Source: a virus (lineage: Duplodnaviria; Heunggongvirae; Uroviricota; Caudoviricetes). From it: DNA of 64,000 nucleotides. The position numbers and the translations under genes are program-made. This document shows, piece after piece, positions 10,026 through 19,412 of the stretch. The DNA is taken from the IMG/VR virus record IMGVR_UViG_3300042997_001281, positions 181,394 to 245,393 of that record. The stretch is one strand, 5' to 3'. Below the pieces are notes generated by a model, which made no database searches, was not told the DNA's origin, and saw nothing but the letters and a program-made list of their open reading frames with translations. Every line of letters starts with the position of its first letter. Positions within the stretch are counted from its first letter, which is position 1.

Positions 10026-11693
10026 ATGCCAGTATATTATAAAACATCGAGTAAAATAACGGGAAACGATTGGACAACGGGTTCAAGTAGTTTTGCCACA
10101 CCCCTTGGTAATTTTTCTGCCAATGAAAATGGCGATGAGAATGCAAGAGTAGTTGGTACCGACCCGTGGGGTAATTCCGCCGTTGTTTGGGAAACAAGAC
10201 CATCAGGTAATGGAAACCCCGACGGTGGATGGAACACCGATTGGTTTTATATCGACAACACAAAATTATATAGACATTCTGTTTGGGTTAAAAGAACATC
10301 CGTTAGTGCTGGTGGAACATTTTATTTAGGTACAAATGGTATTGGTCAATGTGTTATAAGACTATCCGACGGAAACGAGGAGTGTAACCCATATTGGCAT
10401 TGTGGTGGTTCGGGAGGTTTAACACAAGACCAATGGTACTTAGTTGTTGGTCATTGTTTTCCATTTGACTATCCACAAGGATTGGGTGGACACCCCGATA
10501 CTGGATTTTGGACAACAACAGGAGGAAAAGTTGGAAGTATTAATGGTTGTAATATTGGTAGTGATTGTAAATCAGGACCAAGTACATATGGATTAAATCA
10601 TAGAACTTATCTTTACTATTGCGGTGACAATACAACACGATTACAATTTTTTGACCCACGAGTTGATTTATGTGATGGTTCAGAACCAACAATACAAAAC
10701 TTATTAGATAATAACAGACAAAACAAATTAGAATCCTTAACAATAAACACTTCAGGTTCTTCATTTAAACATCATAGAGTAATTGCCACTGGTGGTGTTA
10801 TCACCGAAGTGGGTGAATGGAGAGTTCACAGATTTAATAGTAGTGGTACATTCGCAATCACATCAACTGCCGACGCTTCATTATTGGAAGTGGAATATCT
10901 TATCGTTGCCGGTGGTGGCGGTGGAGGTATGGACATGGGCGGCGGAGGAGGTGGCGGAGGTGTCTTATCGGGACGAACCGTTTTAAATCAAACCACTTAT
11001 ACCATAACAGTTGGGGCTGGTGGTGCGGGAGCACCTGCAGCAAATACACCGGGACAACCACAATTTCATCAATTTCAAATAGGTGCATCCCAAGGTGATA
11101 GTTCATCTGCATTAGGGTTAACATCCACAGGTGGTGGATTTGGAGCAAGTTCATATTATGGTTATACCCCTAACTACGGTACACCAGGTAATGGTGGTTC
11201 GGGAGGGGCACCAAGTGGATATAGTGATGGAAATATAAGAAGTGGAGGTACAGGAATATCGGGTCAAGGATTTAATGGTGGTCAAGGTGGTGGACAATAC
11301 TATTCAGGTGGAGGTGGAGGTGCTGGTGCAGTTGGTACCAACTCACCTTCAAGACCAAACGGTGGTTCAGGTAAATTTTCAGGTATATTAGGCCGACCAT
11401 ATTATTGGGGCGGTGGCGGAGGAGGTTCCGCTTACTCAAATGATGCGGGTGGATATGGAGGTCGTGGTGGCGGGGGTGGAGGTGCTCTTGGACAAGGTGA
11501 AGGGGGAAAAGATTCAATCATGTGGGGAGTACCCGGAGCATACGGTGCGTGTTGTTCATGGGCAAACGTTCCGGGAGGAAATGGAGGTACCAACACCGGT
11601 GGTGGCGGTGGCGGGGGTTCTCATTACAATGGAAATAACCAAGGAGGAAATGGTGGAAGTGGTATCGTAATAATTAGATATAAATACAAATAA
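10026..11693 (+). CDS. Glycine-rich structural protein with a lectin-like N-terminal domain and a long Gly-rich C-terminal region
   Basis: The N-terminal ~250 aa are a W/G/N-rich beta-type domain. From residue ~295 there are poly-G runs (GGGGGGMDMGGGGGGGG, GGGGGGSAY and others). This resembles the glycine-rich domain proteins found in phage tail modules. Confidence 0.55.
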   Translation: MPVYYKTSSKITGNDWTTGSSSFATPLGNFSANENGDENARVVGTDPWGNSAVVWETRPSGNGNPDGGWNTDWFYIDNTKLYRHSVWVKRTSVSAGGTFYLGTNGIGQCVIRLSDGNEECNPYWHCGGSGGLTQDQWYLVVGHCFPFDYPQGLGGHPDTGFWTTTGGKVGSINGCNIGSDCKSGPSTYGLNHRTYLYYCGDNTTRLQFFDPRVDLCDGSEPTIQNLLDNNRQNKLESLTINTSGSSFKHHRVIATGGVITEVGEWRVHRFNSSGTFAITSTADASLLEVEYLIVAGGGGGGMDMGGGGGGGGVLSGRTVLNQTTYTITVGAGGAGAPAANTPGQPQFHQFQIGASQGDSSSALGLTSTGGGFGASSYYGYTPNYGTPGNGGSGGAPSGYSDGNIRSGGTGISGQGFNGGQGGGQYYSGGGGGAGAVGTNSPSRPNGGSGKFSGILGRPYYWGGGGGGSAYSNDAGGYGGRGGGGGGALGQGEGGKDSIMWGVPGAYGACCSWANVPGGNGGTNTGGGGGGGSHYNGNNQGGNGGSGIVIIRYKYK

Positions 11694-11697
11694 AAAT

Positions 11698-12072
11698 ATG
11701 GCACATTTTGCAGAAATAGATTTAAATAACGTTGTAACCAAAGTTTTAGTTGTTCCTAATGAGGAAGAACACAGAGGTGAGGAATACCTATCGATTGACT
11801 TAGGTTTAGGTGGAAGATGGATTCAAACATCTTATAATGGAACCATTAGAGGAATGTTCGCTGGTGTTGGTTTCACATACAATGAGGTTTTAGATGTATT
11901 CTTACCTCCAAAACCTTACAATTCTTGGGTTATTAATACTGAATTAAAATGTTGGGATTCACCAATTGAGAGACCATCGATTACAAACACTCAGGCCGCA
12001 ATTTGGGATGAAACTAATCAACAATGGATTGTGGTTCAAAGACCATTAACTGTATTTGATATAAATTCATAA
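11698..12072 (+). CDS. Hypothetical protein
   Basis: Clean ORF that is tightly spaced after the previous gene. Confidence 0.5.
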   Translation: MAHFAEIDLNNVVTKVLVVPNEEEHRGEEYLSIDLGLGGRWIQTSYNGTIRGMFAGVGFTYNEVLDVFLPPKPYNSWVINTELKCWDSPIERPSITNTQAAIWDETNQQWIVVQRPLTVFDINS

Positions 12073-12076
12073 TATT

Positions 12077-12220
12077 ATGCCAGAAATCGATAACATAGAA
12101 ATTTATTTAGAAAACACCTGTTGGTACGTAAAATACATACAGGACGGTGAAACTATCATAAGTAATCCATATATGGAAGAACAACATGCAATTAATTTTA
12201 GTTTAAAATTAAATTCATAA
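12077..12220 (+). CDS. Small hypothetical protein (47 aa), tandem paralogue 1
   Basis: ATG at 12077. It shares a WYV…G…P(F/Y)…E…A.N(F/Y) pattern and an AATTCATAATAT leader with the next small ORF. Confidence 0.35.
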   Translation: MPEIDNIEIYLENTCWYVKYIQDGETIISNPYMEEQHAINFSLKLNS

Positions 12221-12221
12221 T

Positions 12222-12371
12222 ATGAACACTATAACTGATGTAAGAGTTTACCAAAATGGTAACGTATGGTATGTTGAATTTAAACGTAATGGTGTGTTGG
12301 AGACAACCGAACCATTTGGTGAGGAAGAGACCGCAACAAACTACGCAAATTTCTTATCTAACACTTTGTAA
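12222..12371 (+). CDS. Small hypothetical protein (49 aa), tandem paralogue 2
   Basis: ATG at 12222. It is a paralogue of the 12077 ORF and has the same leader sequence. Confidence 0.35.
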   Translation: MNTITDVRVYQNGNVWYVEFKRNGVLETTEPFGEEETATNYANFLSNTL

Positions 12372-12400
12372 TTTAAAATTTTTTCCTTAAATTATATCCT

Positions 12401-13120
12401 ATGAACAATATAGGATTTGGAATTTTTTGTTTCGGTGAAGATTATTATTATAAAATCACATCCGATAAGGTAAAACAAATTCTTAATGGGGGTTATCATT
12501 GTTACGTTCTAACTGATAACCCCGAATACTTTAAAGACTTTTTAACTTCTTTATACCTTCATGTAATTCCATATGAAAGGTCCCAAAAATCGTATCATGA
12601 TAAAATGATACTTCCAAAATACATTCTTAAAAATCACGACATCTCAATACTGATTGATGCCGATACCGAGATTTCCGATTACACATTCTTAGATGATTTA
12701 AAATCATATTCATTTAAAGAGGGTATATCATATATTGATACCTTGGTTAATCACCCAATCAAAAAAGAATATGTGGATGAAATGGATTTGACTCAACACG
12801 AGTGGATTCACTATAAAAATTATATAGATGTATTGTATCCGAGTTATAATGAACTTGAGATGTTGTGGGAATACTTTATTGCCATTAATAAAAATGGTTT
12901 CAATCAAGAACATTTTTATAACATCTATGAAAAATTACAAGTCGCAAAAGAATATTGTGGTCTAATCAATGGAGGTAAGATTATTGCATCTGGTGAAGGT
13001 ATCTCAATTACCATTGCCTCAAAATTATCGTCAATCAATATTGAAAAGGATAAGAATCTAACAACCTTATTAAAAGATAAGATGACGGGGGTAACAAAAG
13101 TTCAATTATTGGGGAAATAG
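12401..13120 (+). CDS. Hypothetical protein
   Basis: ORF of 239 aa with no motif I recognise. Confidence 0.5.
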   Translation: MNNIGFGIFCFGEDYYYKITSDKVKQILNGGYHCYVLTDNPEYFKDFLTSLYLHVIPYERSQKSYHDKMILPKYILKNHDISILIDADTEISDYTFLDDLKSYSFKEGISYIDTLVNHPIKKEYVDEMDLTQHEWIHYKNYIDVLYPSYNELEMLWEYFIAINKNGFNQEHFYNIYEKLQVAKEYCGLINGGKIIASGEGISITIASKLSSINIEKDKNLTTLLKDKMTGVTKVQLLGK

Positions 13121-13175
13121 ACTTGACAATTTAAAAAATTAAATGTATAATTAATAAAAATCAAATTAAACAATT

Positions 13176-13649
13176 ATGGCAAAAAGAACGCTTAAACTTG
13201 GAGAAATCCTACAATTGGAGAGTGAGATTAACGGTTTGGTTAATCCACAAACAGGAAAAGAAATTTTCATCGGTTTTAGAAAACATAAATTAGCACTTAA
13301 AACCAAATATTGGTTGACAGAACTTGGTGAGAGATTGTCTGCAGAACGCAAGTCAGTTGAAACACTTCGTGATGATATCATCCAAAAACATGGTGAAGAC
13401 GATGGTAAAGGTGGAATTCAAATCGGTATGTTCATTGAACAGAAAGATGAGAACGATGCAGTTATTTCTCGTGAGTTAAATCCAAAATACATCGATTTCC
13501 AAAAAGAATACGGTGAGTTGTTAAACGAGGAGAAAGAAGTTGAGTACACTCCGTTGACAGTAGAGGATTTGGAGAACGCCGGTGATACTACCGACAACTA
13601 TTCAATCTTATTCCAATTGGTATCAAAACCAACTGAAACAAACGAATAA
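13176..13649 (+). CDS. Hypothetical protein
   Basis: ORF of 157 aa that ends at a terminator hairpin. Confidence 0.5.
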   Translation: MAKRTLKLGEILQLESEINGLVNPQTGKEIFIGFRKHKLALKTKYWLTELGERLSAERKSVETLRDDIIQKHGEDDGKGGIQIGMFIEQKDENDAVISRELNPKYIDFQKEYGELLNEEKEVEYTPLTVEDLENAGDTTDNYSILFQLVSKPTETNE

Positions 13650-13677
13650 AAAAAGGGGGTTTATACCCCCTTTCTTA
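13650..13677. terminator. Bidirectional rho-independent terminator between convergent genes
   Basis: AAAAAGGGGG-tttata-CCCCCTTTCTTATTT: a GGGGG/CCCCC stem flanked by an A-run and a T-run. It lies between the plus-strand gene end at 13649 and the minus-strand operon end at 13661. Confidence 0.6.
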
Positions 13678-14764
13678 TTTCTATCTTTAATGAACCTACT
13701 TGGTATTCACCCGGTTCATAATATGGAATTGATAACCTCAATTTCTGTAACGTGTAGATGTCATCATCAGTCATTGGTTGAACTTCATAAACCATCACAT
13801 CTACGATATCTGTAAGGACAAATTTCGACCTTAAATCATAACGAGTATTCTTCTGTTCATTCTCGATGTAATCCTCGGGAATTGTCCCTAAATCGATTTT
13901 ATCGAAGAACGGTTCTATCTCAAATAACCTTGCTCGACTGCGAGTGGTTAAACCCATGGTGAAAGTCTTATAAACAAATAGATTATCCTCCCAATATCTT
14001 AATTCATTGAATGATGGAATTGATATGCCCCATTTACGAACAAAGTTTCTATTTGAGTTAACCTCATACTTAAATCTATCTTTCTTGTAATCATCACTGA
14101 AACGAGAAGTCTGTGAAACAAAGTGATATGTGATTGCGCATGATGTGGTTTTTAATTTATATCCCTTCAGTTTGGTTCTGATTAAGAAGTCATCATCCTC
14201 AGCAAACGCTGGTACAAAACTAAATCCATCAAAGTAACCCACATCCTCGAATAGTTTCTTATAACCACTCATAAAGAACACACCACCATCATATATCTGA
14301 CAGTTGTTCTTATTCTCTTCAACATATGAATCAAATTCTTCCCATTTAAAATCGTGGAACGAACTACCTAAGTCCATTATCACTTTACCGGGTCTTTGGT
14401 GACCAGCAAAAATGGGTGGTTCTAAGGTCGTATAACACATCAAAGTGTCTGGTGTGAGTAATCTATTCAAATTCTCGAGAAAGTGTCTCCCAATGACCAT
14501 ATCGTTGTGAATAAGGACAAGTTTCTCCGTATCTACAATCTTAATTGCAGCATTATACGTTTCTGAGAAGGTTAACCTATCATCATCGTGAACAAATGAA
14601 AGATTATCGTCATCTAAAGACTCTAACCATTCTTTGGTACCATCTGTTGAACCCCCACTACTGATTACTAATGGTGCATCGGGATAGATTTCACGAAGTC
14701 TTTTATAACAATCCTTGGTGAGGTCTAATTTATTGAATACCGCAAGTACAAAACTAATTTCCAT
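13661..14764 (-). CDS. Glycosyltransferase family 2 (GT-A fold)
   Basis: N-terminus MEISFVLAVFNKLDLTKDCYKRL…SSGGSTDGT is a GT2 signature. It is the last gene of the minus-strand operon. Confidence 0.65.
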   Translation of the reverse strand: MEISFVLAVFNKLDLTKDCYKRLREIYPDAPLVISSGGSTDGTKEWLESLDDDNLSFVHDDDRLTFSETYNAAIKIVDTEKLVLIHNDMVIGRHFLENLNRLLTPDTLMCYTTLEPPIFAGHQRPGKVIMDLGSSFHDFKWEEFDSYVEENKNNCQIYDGGVFFMSGYKKLFEDVGYFDGFSFVPAFAEDDDFLIRTKLKGYKLKTTSCAITYHFVSQTSRFSDDYKKDRFKYEVNSNRNFVRKWGISIPSFNELRYWEDNLFVYKTFTMGLTTRSRARLFEIEPFFDKIDLGTIPEDYIENEQKNTRYDLRSKFVLTDIVDVMVYEVQPMTDDDIYTLQKLRLSIPYYEPGEYQVGSLKIEIRKGV

Positions 14765-15851
14765 CGATTTCCTTTTTAATAAAGTTTAGTGCTGATTCGA
14801 CAACCTGATGCATGTCATAGTATTTGTATTCACCAAGTCTTCCACCAAACAATACACAATCCTTAACTTTCTCCGCCTCTTCTTTATATTTTGAAAACAT
14901 TTCATTGTTCTCTTTATCGTTCACAGGATAATATGGGTCAGTTTTATCTGCCACATACTCTTGTGGGTATTCATATGTAATCCACGAGCCATTCGTTTCT
15001 AAACCCTCAAAGTGTTTATGTTCAATGATACGAGTGAATGGTACATCCACATCAGTATAGTTCATTACAGGGACACCCTGAAGGTTTGGTGAACTATAAT
15101 ACTGGTGTTCGAAACTAACTGTTTTGTATTCTAACTTACCGTACTTGTAACCGAAGAACTTATCGATTGGTCCTGTGAATATTACTTTGTTATGTTTAGG
15201 TAAACTACCTTTAAAATAATCCACACCCAATCTAACCTCAACTCCCTCTAATAACTTTTCAAAAATCTGAGTGTAACCACCAATTGGGATACCTTGATAT
15301 TTGTCAAAGAAATAATTGTTGTCATAGGTAAAACGAACTGGTAACCTCTTAATGATTTCCTTTGGTAATTCCTTGGGGTCTTTCATCCATTGTTTATGAG
15401 TATAACCCTTAATGAGTTTTTCATAAACATCCTTACCTACAAGTTTGATTGCCTGTTCTTCTAAGTTGCTCGGTTCTTCAATATCATTTGATTGTTCTGC
15501 AATCATATCTTTCGCCTGTTGAGGTGTCTTAACTCCCCACAGTTTATTGAATGTCCACATACTAAAAGGAAGTGAATATAATTCTTCTTTGTAGTTGGCA
15601 ATCACATGGTGTCTATAGTTGTTAAACTCAGCGAATTGGTTAATCCAATCCCACACTTCTTTGTTTGATGTGTGGAAGATGTGTGCACCGTATACTTGAA
15701 CATTGATACCATCTTTATTCTCGGTGTAACAATTGCCACCGATGTGTTCTCTTGAATCAATAACTAAAACTTTTTTACCTGACTTAGTTAATTCGTGGGC
15801 ACATATGGAACCGAAGAAACCGGCACCAACTATTAGATAATCGTACTCCAT
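14754..15851 (-). CDS. glf: UDP-galactopyranose mutase
   Basis: Matches E. coli Glf closely over the whole length: MEYDYLIVGAGFFGS (FAD GxGxxG), HIGGNCYTE, YGAHIFHT, IEHKHF, GGRLGEYKYYDMHQV. Confidence 0.93.
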   Translation of the reverse strand: MEYDYLIVGAGFFGSICAHELTKSGKKVLVIDSREHIGGNCYTENKDGINVQVYGAHIFHTSNKEVWDWINQFAEFNNYRHHVIANYKEELYSLPFSMWTFNKLWGVKTPQQAKDMIAEQSNDIEEPSNLEEQAIKLVGKDVYEKLIKGYTHKQWMKDPKELPKEIIKRLPVRFTYDNNYFFDKYQGIPIGGYTQIFEKLLEGVEVRLGVDYFKGSLPKHNKVIFTGPIDKFFGYKYGKLEYKTVSFEHQYYSSPNLQGVPVMNYTDVDVPFTRIIEHKHFEGLETNGSWITYEYPQEYVADKTDPYYPVNDKENNEMFSKYKEEAEKVKDCVLFGGRLGEYKYYDMHQVVESALNFIKKEIDGN

Positions 15852-15852
15852 A

Positions 15853-16509
15853 TTAAATCTCTATTAAACCAATACCTAAAAAATTACCGTCAACACTATC
15901 ATATTGACTCATAAATTCATAGTGTTTATATTGTTCCTTAATTTCATTCCAAAACTTAACAACGCCAGGACATGCGTCACTACATATATCATGAAAAGAT
16001 ACGTATTTGGGGTTATATTGTTTACAGATTTCAAAATCTCTTTTTAACCCTTCATAACTGTGGTCACCATCAATTAAAATTAAATCAATATCTTGATTTA
16101 TTGATTCTCTTTTTAATTTTTGACTATGAGTTTGTAAGTAGTTAAAATTACCATATTTTTGGTATTCGTCAAGCATCCTTGATTGTGGCATAAAGTCACA
16201 CGCGAATCCATTAACTTCACCATTTATTTTGGTTAATATTTCCTTTGTTATAATAAACGTACCACCCCACCTACAACCAATTTCAAGATACGATTTAATT
16301 CTATATTTTGATATTTGTTTAAGATACGGAGCAAATTGATTTGGGTACTGCCAAAAACGAATACCTTCATTAAAGTGTTCAGACAATTCTGAAGGTAACT
16401 CTCTCGAATTCTCACCATTCATACCAAATGTGGGGAGAATTGTTTCTAAAACATTTAAATCGATTTCTTTGATATCAATTTCAGATATCCTTTTAAAAAT
16501 TTCTACCAT
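15853..16509 (-). CDS. Class I SAM-dependent methyltransferase, CmcI/TylF-like sugar O-methyltransferase type
   Basis: LEIGCRWGGT (motif I) and LILIDGDHSYEGL match the CmcI-family LxxIDGDHSYE motif. Confidence 0.6.
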   Translation of the reverse strand: MVEIFKRISEIDIKEIDLNVLETILPTFGMNGENSRELPSELSEHFNEGIRFWQYPNQFAPYLKQISKYRIKSYLEIGCRWGGTFIITKEILTKINGEVNGFACDFMPQSRMLDEYQKYGNFNYLQTHSQKLKRESINQDIDLILIDGDHSYEGLKRDFEICKQYNPKYVSFHDICSDACPGVVKFWNEIKEQYKHYEFMSQYDSVDGNFLGIGLIEI

Positions 16510-17261
16510 TTGTGTTTGAATAATACTTTTTTATTGTTAAAAAATACATCACCGTTTTTATCTTGGATTGTACCCTCAGGACTTGGGAAATGTAAATGAT
16601 TATGGATATGGTACGGCATTTCGATTATATTGTAATCTTCTCTTGTGCCAATCAAAAATGAAATCAACCATTGTTGTTTTGCGTAATGCGCAAACATTGG
16701 TTCAACTGACGGATACAATTCAACATAGTCACTTAGTAGTTTAGCCCAAGTTCTTTTATTCATTGCGAGAACACCGGTGTTATAGACTTTAATCTTATCC
16801 CACGGTTTGTCACTCACACCGTCAACCTTAACACCCGTTTGACCTAATCTACCCGATTCAATCATTAATGTGTCAGTTGGTGATGCATTATAACCAACAT
16901 AAACGTCACCATCTTTGAAGTTTCTGAATTGTTCTAACTCTTCGTCAGTCATGTTACGTTGAAGGATGATGTCACCGTCAGTATAGAAGATAACGTCATC
17001 ATCTTGGGTTATTGAATTGAAGTGATTGGAGTTTAAGAAATCCCCGTGTTGAACACACTTATTATTATTCAATGCCTGTACGTCTGAAATCGATAATGTT
17101 GCGATATCGATAGTTTTAAATGGTAATGATAAACCTTCCCCATCACCAACAAAAACCAAAACATTCTTATCGAAGTTTGAGTTTTTCTCAATTGATTTAA
17201 AGTATGGTCTCATCTTGGTCATATAATTTATATCGGACCCAGTTGCTAAAATTAACTTCAT
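16503..17261 (-). CDS. Putative GT-A fold glycosyltransferase (DxD)
   Basis: FYTDGDIIL is a DxD-like motif. The gene sits in the glycosyltransferase operon and is translationally coupled to its neighbours. Confidence 0.4.
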   Translation of the reverse strand: MKLILATGSDINYMTKMRPYFKSIEKNSNFDKNVLVFVGDGEGLSLPFKTIDIATLSISDVQALNNNKCVQHGDFLNSNHFNSITQDDDVIFYTDGDIILQRNMTDEELEQFRNFKDGDVYVGYNASPTDTLMIESGRLGQTGVKVDGVSDKPWDKIKVYNTGVLAMNKRTWAKLLSDYVELYPSVEPMFAHYAKQQWLISFLIGTREDYNIIEMPYHIHNHLHFPSPEGTIQDKNGDVFFNNKKVLFKHKW

Positions 17262-17887
17262 TACTTTTGAATTTTACTGTAAAAATTATTTTGTCTTTCC
17301 TGTCTCTCGATTGTTTTAGGATGAAGGATACAAAATCCCTCATCTTCAGGCATAATCGAATATTTCTTTGCCCCTATAATTTTTTCATGAACTTTACCAT
17401 ACCAGTTTAAACCTTTACGGTATAATCTACCCTGCCAATCAGGGAAGTTAATTCTACCCTGTTCATCTTGTTTCCATCCCCACTTGTTAATGTGTTCTTC
17501 GGTTATACCATCCACCGTGTTTATTCGAGGAAGTACAAACAAATCAACTTCAGGATTTGATTCAAGTATTGCCGGTAACATTTTAATTAGTTCCTCGGTA
17601 ATCATTTCATCCGCATCCAATTGTAAAATGTAATCACCACCACAGTAATCGTTTAATTTGTTTTTCCAAATAGAAAAATCATTTACGAAAACCATACCTC
17701 TCCATGTTTGAACATGTGGGAATCTATTAAATGGTAATAAGAAATCAATTACCTCATCCGACCCATTTTTTTGGTCATATAAAACTATGATTTCATCTTC
17801 AGGTCTTTTATGTTCTAAAAGAAACGGTACAAGTCTTTTGATTTCTTGTAACTCATCACAAACGGTAATTGCATAACTTATTTTCAT
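17261..17887 (-). CDS. Glycosyltransferase family 2
   Basis: MKISYAITVCDE… and LQLDADEMI (DxD) are a GT2 signature. Confidence 0.65.
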   Translation of the reverse strand: MKISYAITVCDELQEIKRLVPFLLEHKRPEDEIIVLYDQKNGSDEVIDFLLPFNRFPHVQTWRGMVFVNDFSIWKNKLNDYCGGDYILQLDADEMITEELIKMLPAILESNPEVDLFVLPRINTVDGITEEHINKWGWKQDEQGRINFPDWQGRLYRKGLNWYGKVHEKIIGAKKYSIMPEDEGFCILHPKTIERQERQNNFYSKIQK

Positions 17888-18165
17888 TGTTGTCTTTCTC
17901 TTGCGAATATTTTAAATTTTTGATTATTGGGTCCCGTAAATTCTATCGATGCGTGATTGGTGTTGTTGAGTGTTATCGTTAAATTGGATTCTTCTTGTTG
18001 TGTTGCGAAAACCGTCGGTTCACCTTCATCAAATTGAAACATCCATTCGGTTTGATTAAATGTAACTGTCGGTTGTAATGTAAATAATTGAAGGTTATGG
18101 TTCGTAAATAAAAATGAATTGTCTTCATTTTCTCTACCTAATTTAAAATTGTCAAGTAATCCCAT
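17884..18165 (-). CDS. Hypothetical protein in the glycosylation operon
   Basis: ORF whose start and stop overlap those of its neighbours. Confidence 0.4.
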   Translation of the reverse strand: MGLLDNFKLGRENEDNSFLFTNHNLQLFTLQPTVTFNQTEWMFQFDEGEPTVFATQQEESNLTITLNNTNHASIEFTGPNNQKFKIFARERQQ

Positions 18166-19412
18166 TATAGTTTTGTTAACTGAGGTATTTTTAATTTAAC
18201 TTCTTTAGGTTTAACCACATATGGTGTTATGATTGATTCAAACTTCTCGGTCATTTTTGACATCGAATATTTTTCTCTATTCTCTTCCATCAAAACTTGA
18301 GAGTTACCGTAGAACGTGTCATATTCATTTTTAACCATTCTCATAATCTCAACAACTTCACCATAGTTTGGTGTAAACCATTTTGACCCCTTGATGATAA
18401 ATGAATCAACAACACTCTCATGAACATCAGTCAATGAACCACCTAACATTACTGCCTTATCCATTGGTAAGAAGTCTTTATGTCCCGACCAATTAGATGC
18501 AAGAATAGGTTTACCTGTCATTGAGAACTCAAGTAGAGGTCTACCGAATCCTTCGCCTTTTGTTAAGGTTACCATTGCCTTCACTTTTGGGTGATTGTAT
18601 AACTCATTCATTTCCTTGTCTGTTAACTCACCGAATAAAAGATAGATTGGCGGTGGGTTTTCAATTCCCTTAACCAAATCAGAAATTTTCTTCTTAAAGT
18701 TTTCTCTTTCTTTTATCGAAAAAGATGCTGAAGATGTTTTAAGAATTAATGCGGGTTGTTCTTCCGAATCCTTAAATGCCTCAGAGAAACACTTAATTAA
18801 CATACCAACATCTTTTCTATCCTGACCTAAATTACCTTTTAACCAGTGACCAACAAAAAGATAAGAAAAATCTTCGTTAATTCCAACATCTAACCCTGAA
18901 AATTTATCATTATAAATTTCAGTGTCAACACCCTCAAAAAGAACCTCAACAGGTTTCTCAATTTTATGTTGTTTAATTAGTTTACCGGTTAGGTTATCAG
19001 TTTCATTGTAAACGGTTTGAAGTAGTACTTCCTTGGAGAAGGTTGAAGTTGTGATGATTAAATCCATTCTGTTACAACCATCAATCCATTCCTTTGATGC
19101 CATTGTTGTTTCAATACCGGCAGTTATACCGATACTGAACCTACCAATCTTTTGGAATTCATTTGGTACTGTAACCTGAACATAAACATCGGGAGTTGCG
19201 GGTATCACTTTAACGATATGCGCAAGTATCCACTTATTATATTCGGTATCCTCTTGTAATGCCGTTTTTGGTGTTGAACCCCAATGACACGAATCCACCC
19301 TTATTTCAAATAAGTCCATGTCACGAAGAGACCTCAATAAATCTCTCGAGTGTGCTCCATACCCACTTAATGTTTCAACGGGTCCTCTAAATAATAAAAA
19401 AGGTTTACTCAT
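18165..19412 (-). CDS. Glycosyltransferase family 1/4 (GT-B fold)
   Basis: GEGFGRPLLEFSMTGKPILASNWSGHKDF is the EX7E motif region of GT4-type enzymes. Confidence 0.7.
   Translation of the reverse strand: MSKPFLLFRGPVETLSGYGAHSRDLLRSLRDMDLFEIRVDSCHWGSTPKTALQEDTEYNKWILAHIVKVIPATPDVYVQVTVPNEFQKIGRFSIGITAGIETTMASKEWIDGCNRMDLIITTSTFSKEVLLQTVYNETDNLTGKLIKQHKIEKPVEVLFEGVDTEIYNDKFSGLDVGINEDFSYLFVGHWLKGNLGQDRKDVGMLIKCFSEAFKDSEEQPALILKTSSASFSIKERENFKKKISDLVKGIENPPPIYLLFGELTDKEMNELYNHPKVKAMVTLTKGEGFGRPLLEFSMTGKPILASNWSGHKDFLPMDKAVMLGGSLTDVHESVVDSFIIKGSKWFTPNYGEVVEIMRMVKNEYDTFYGNSQVLMEENREKYSMSKMTEKFESIITPYVVKPKEVKLKIPQLTKL

Noticed and set aside
10900-11650. Repetitive GGTGGCGGTGGAGG-type DNA that could be mistaken for a CRISPR or tandem-repeat array
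   Set aside because: It is the coding sequence of the poly-Gly region of the Gly-rich protein. The repeats are irregular and there is no spacer architecture. No CRISPR array is seen anywhere in the window.
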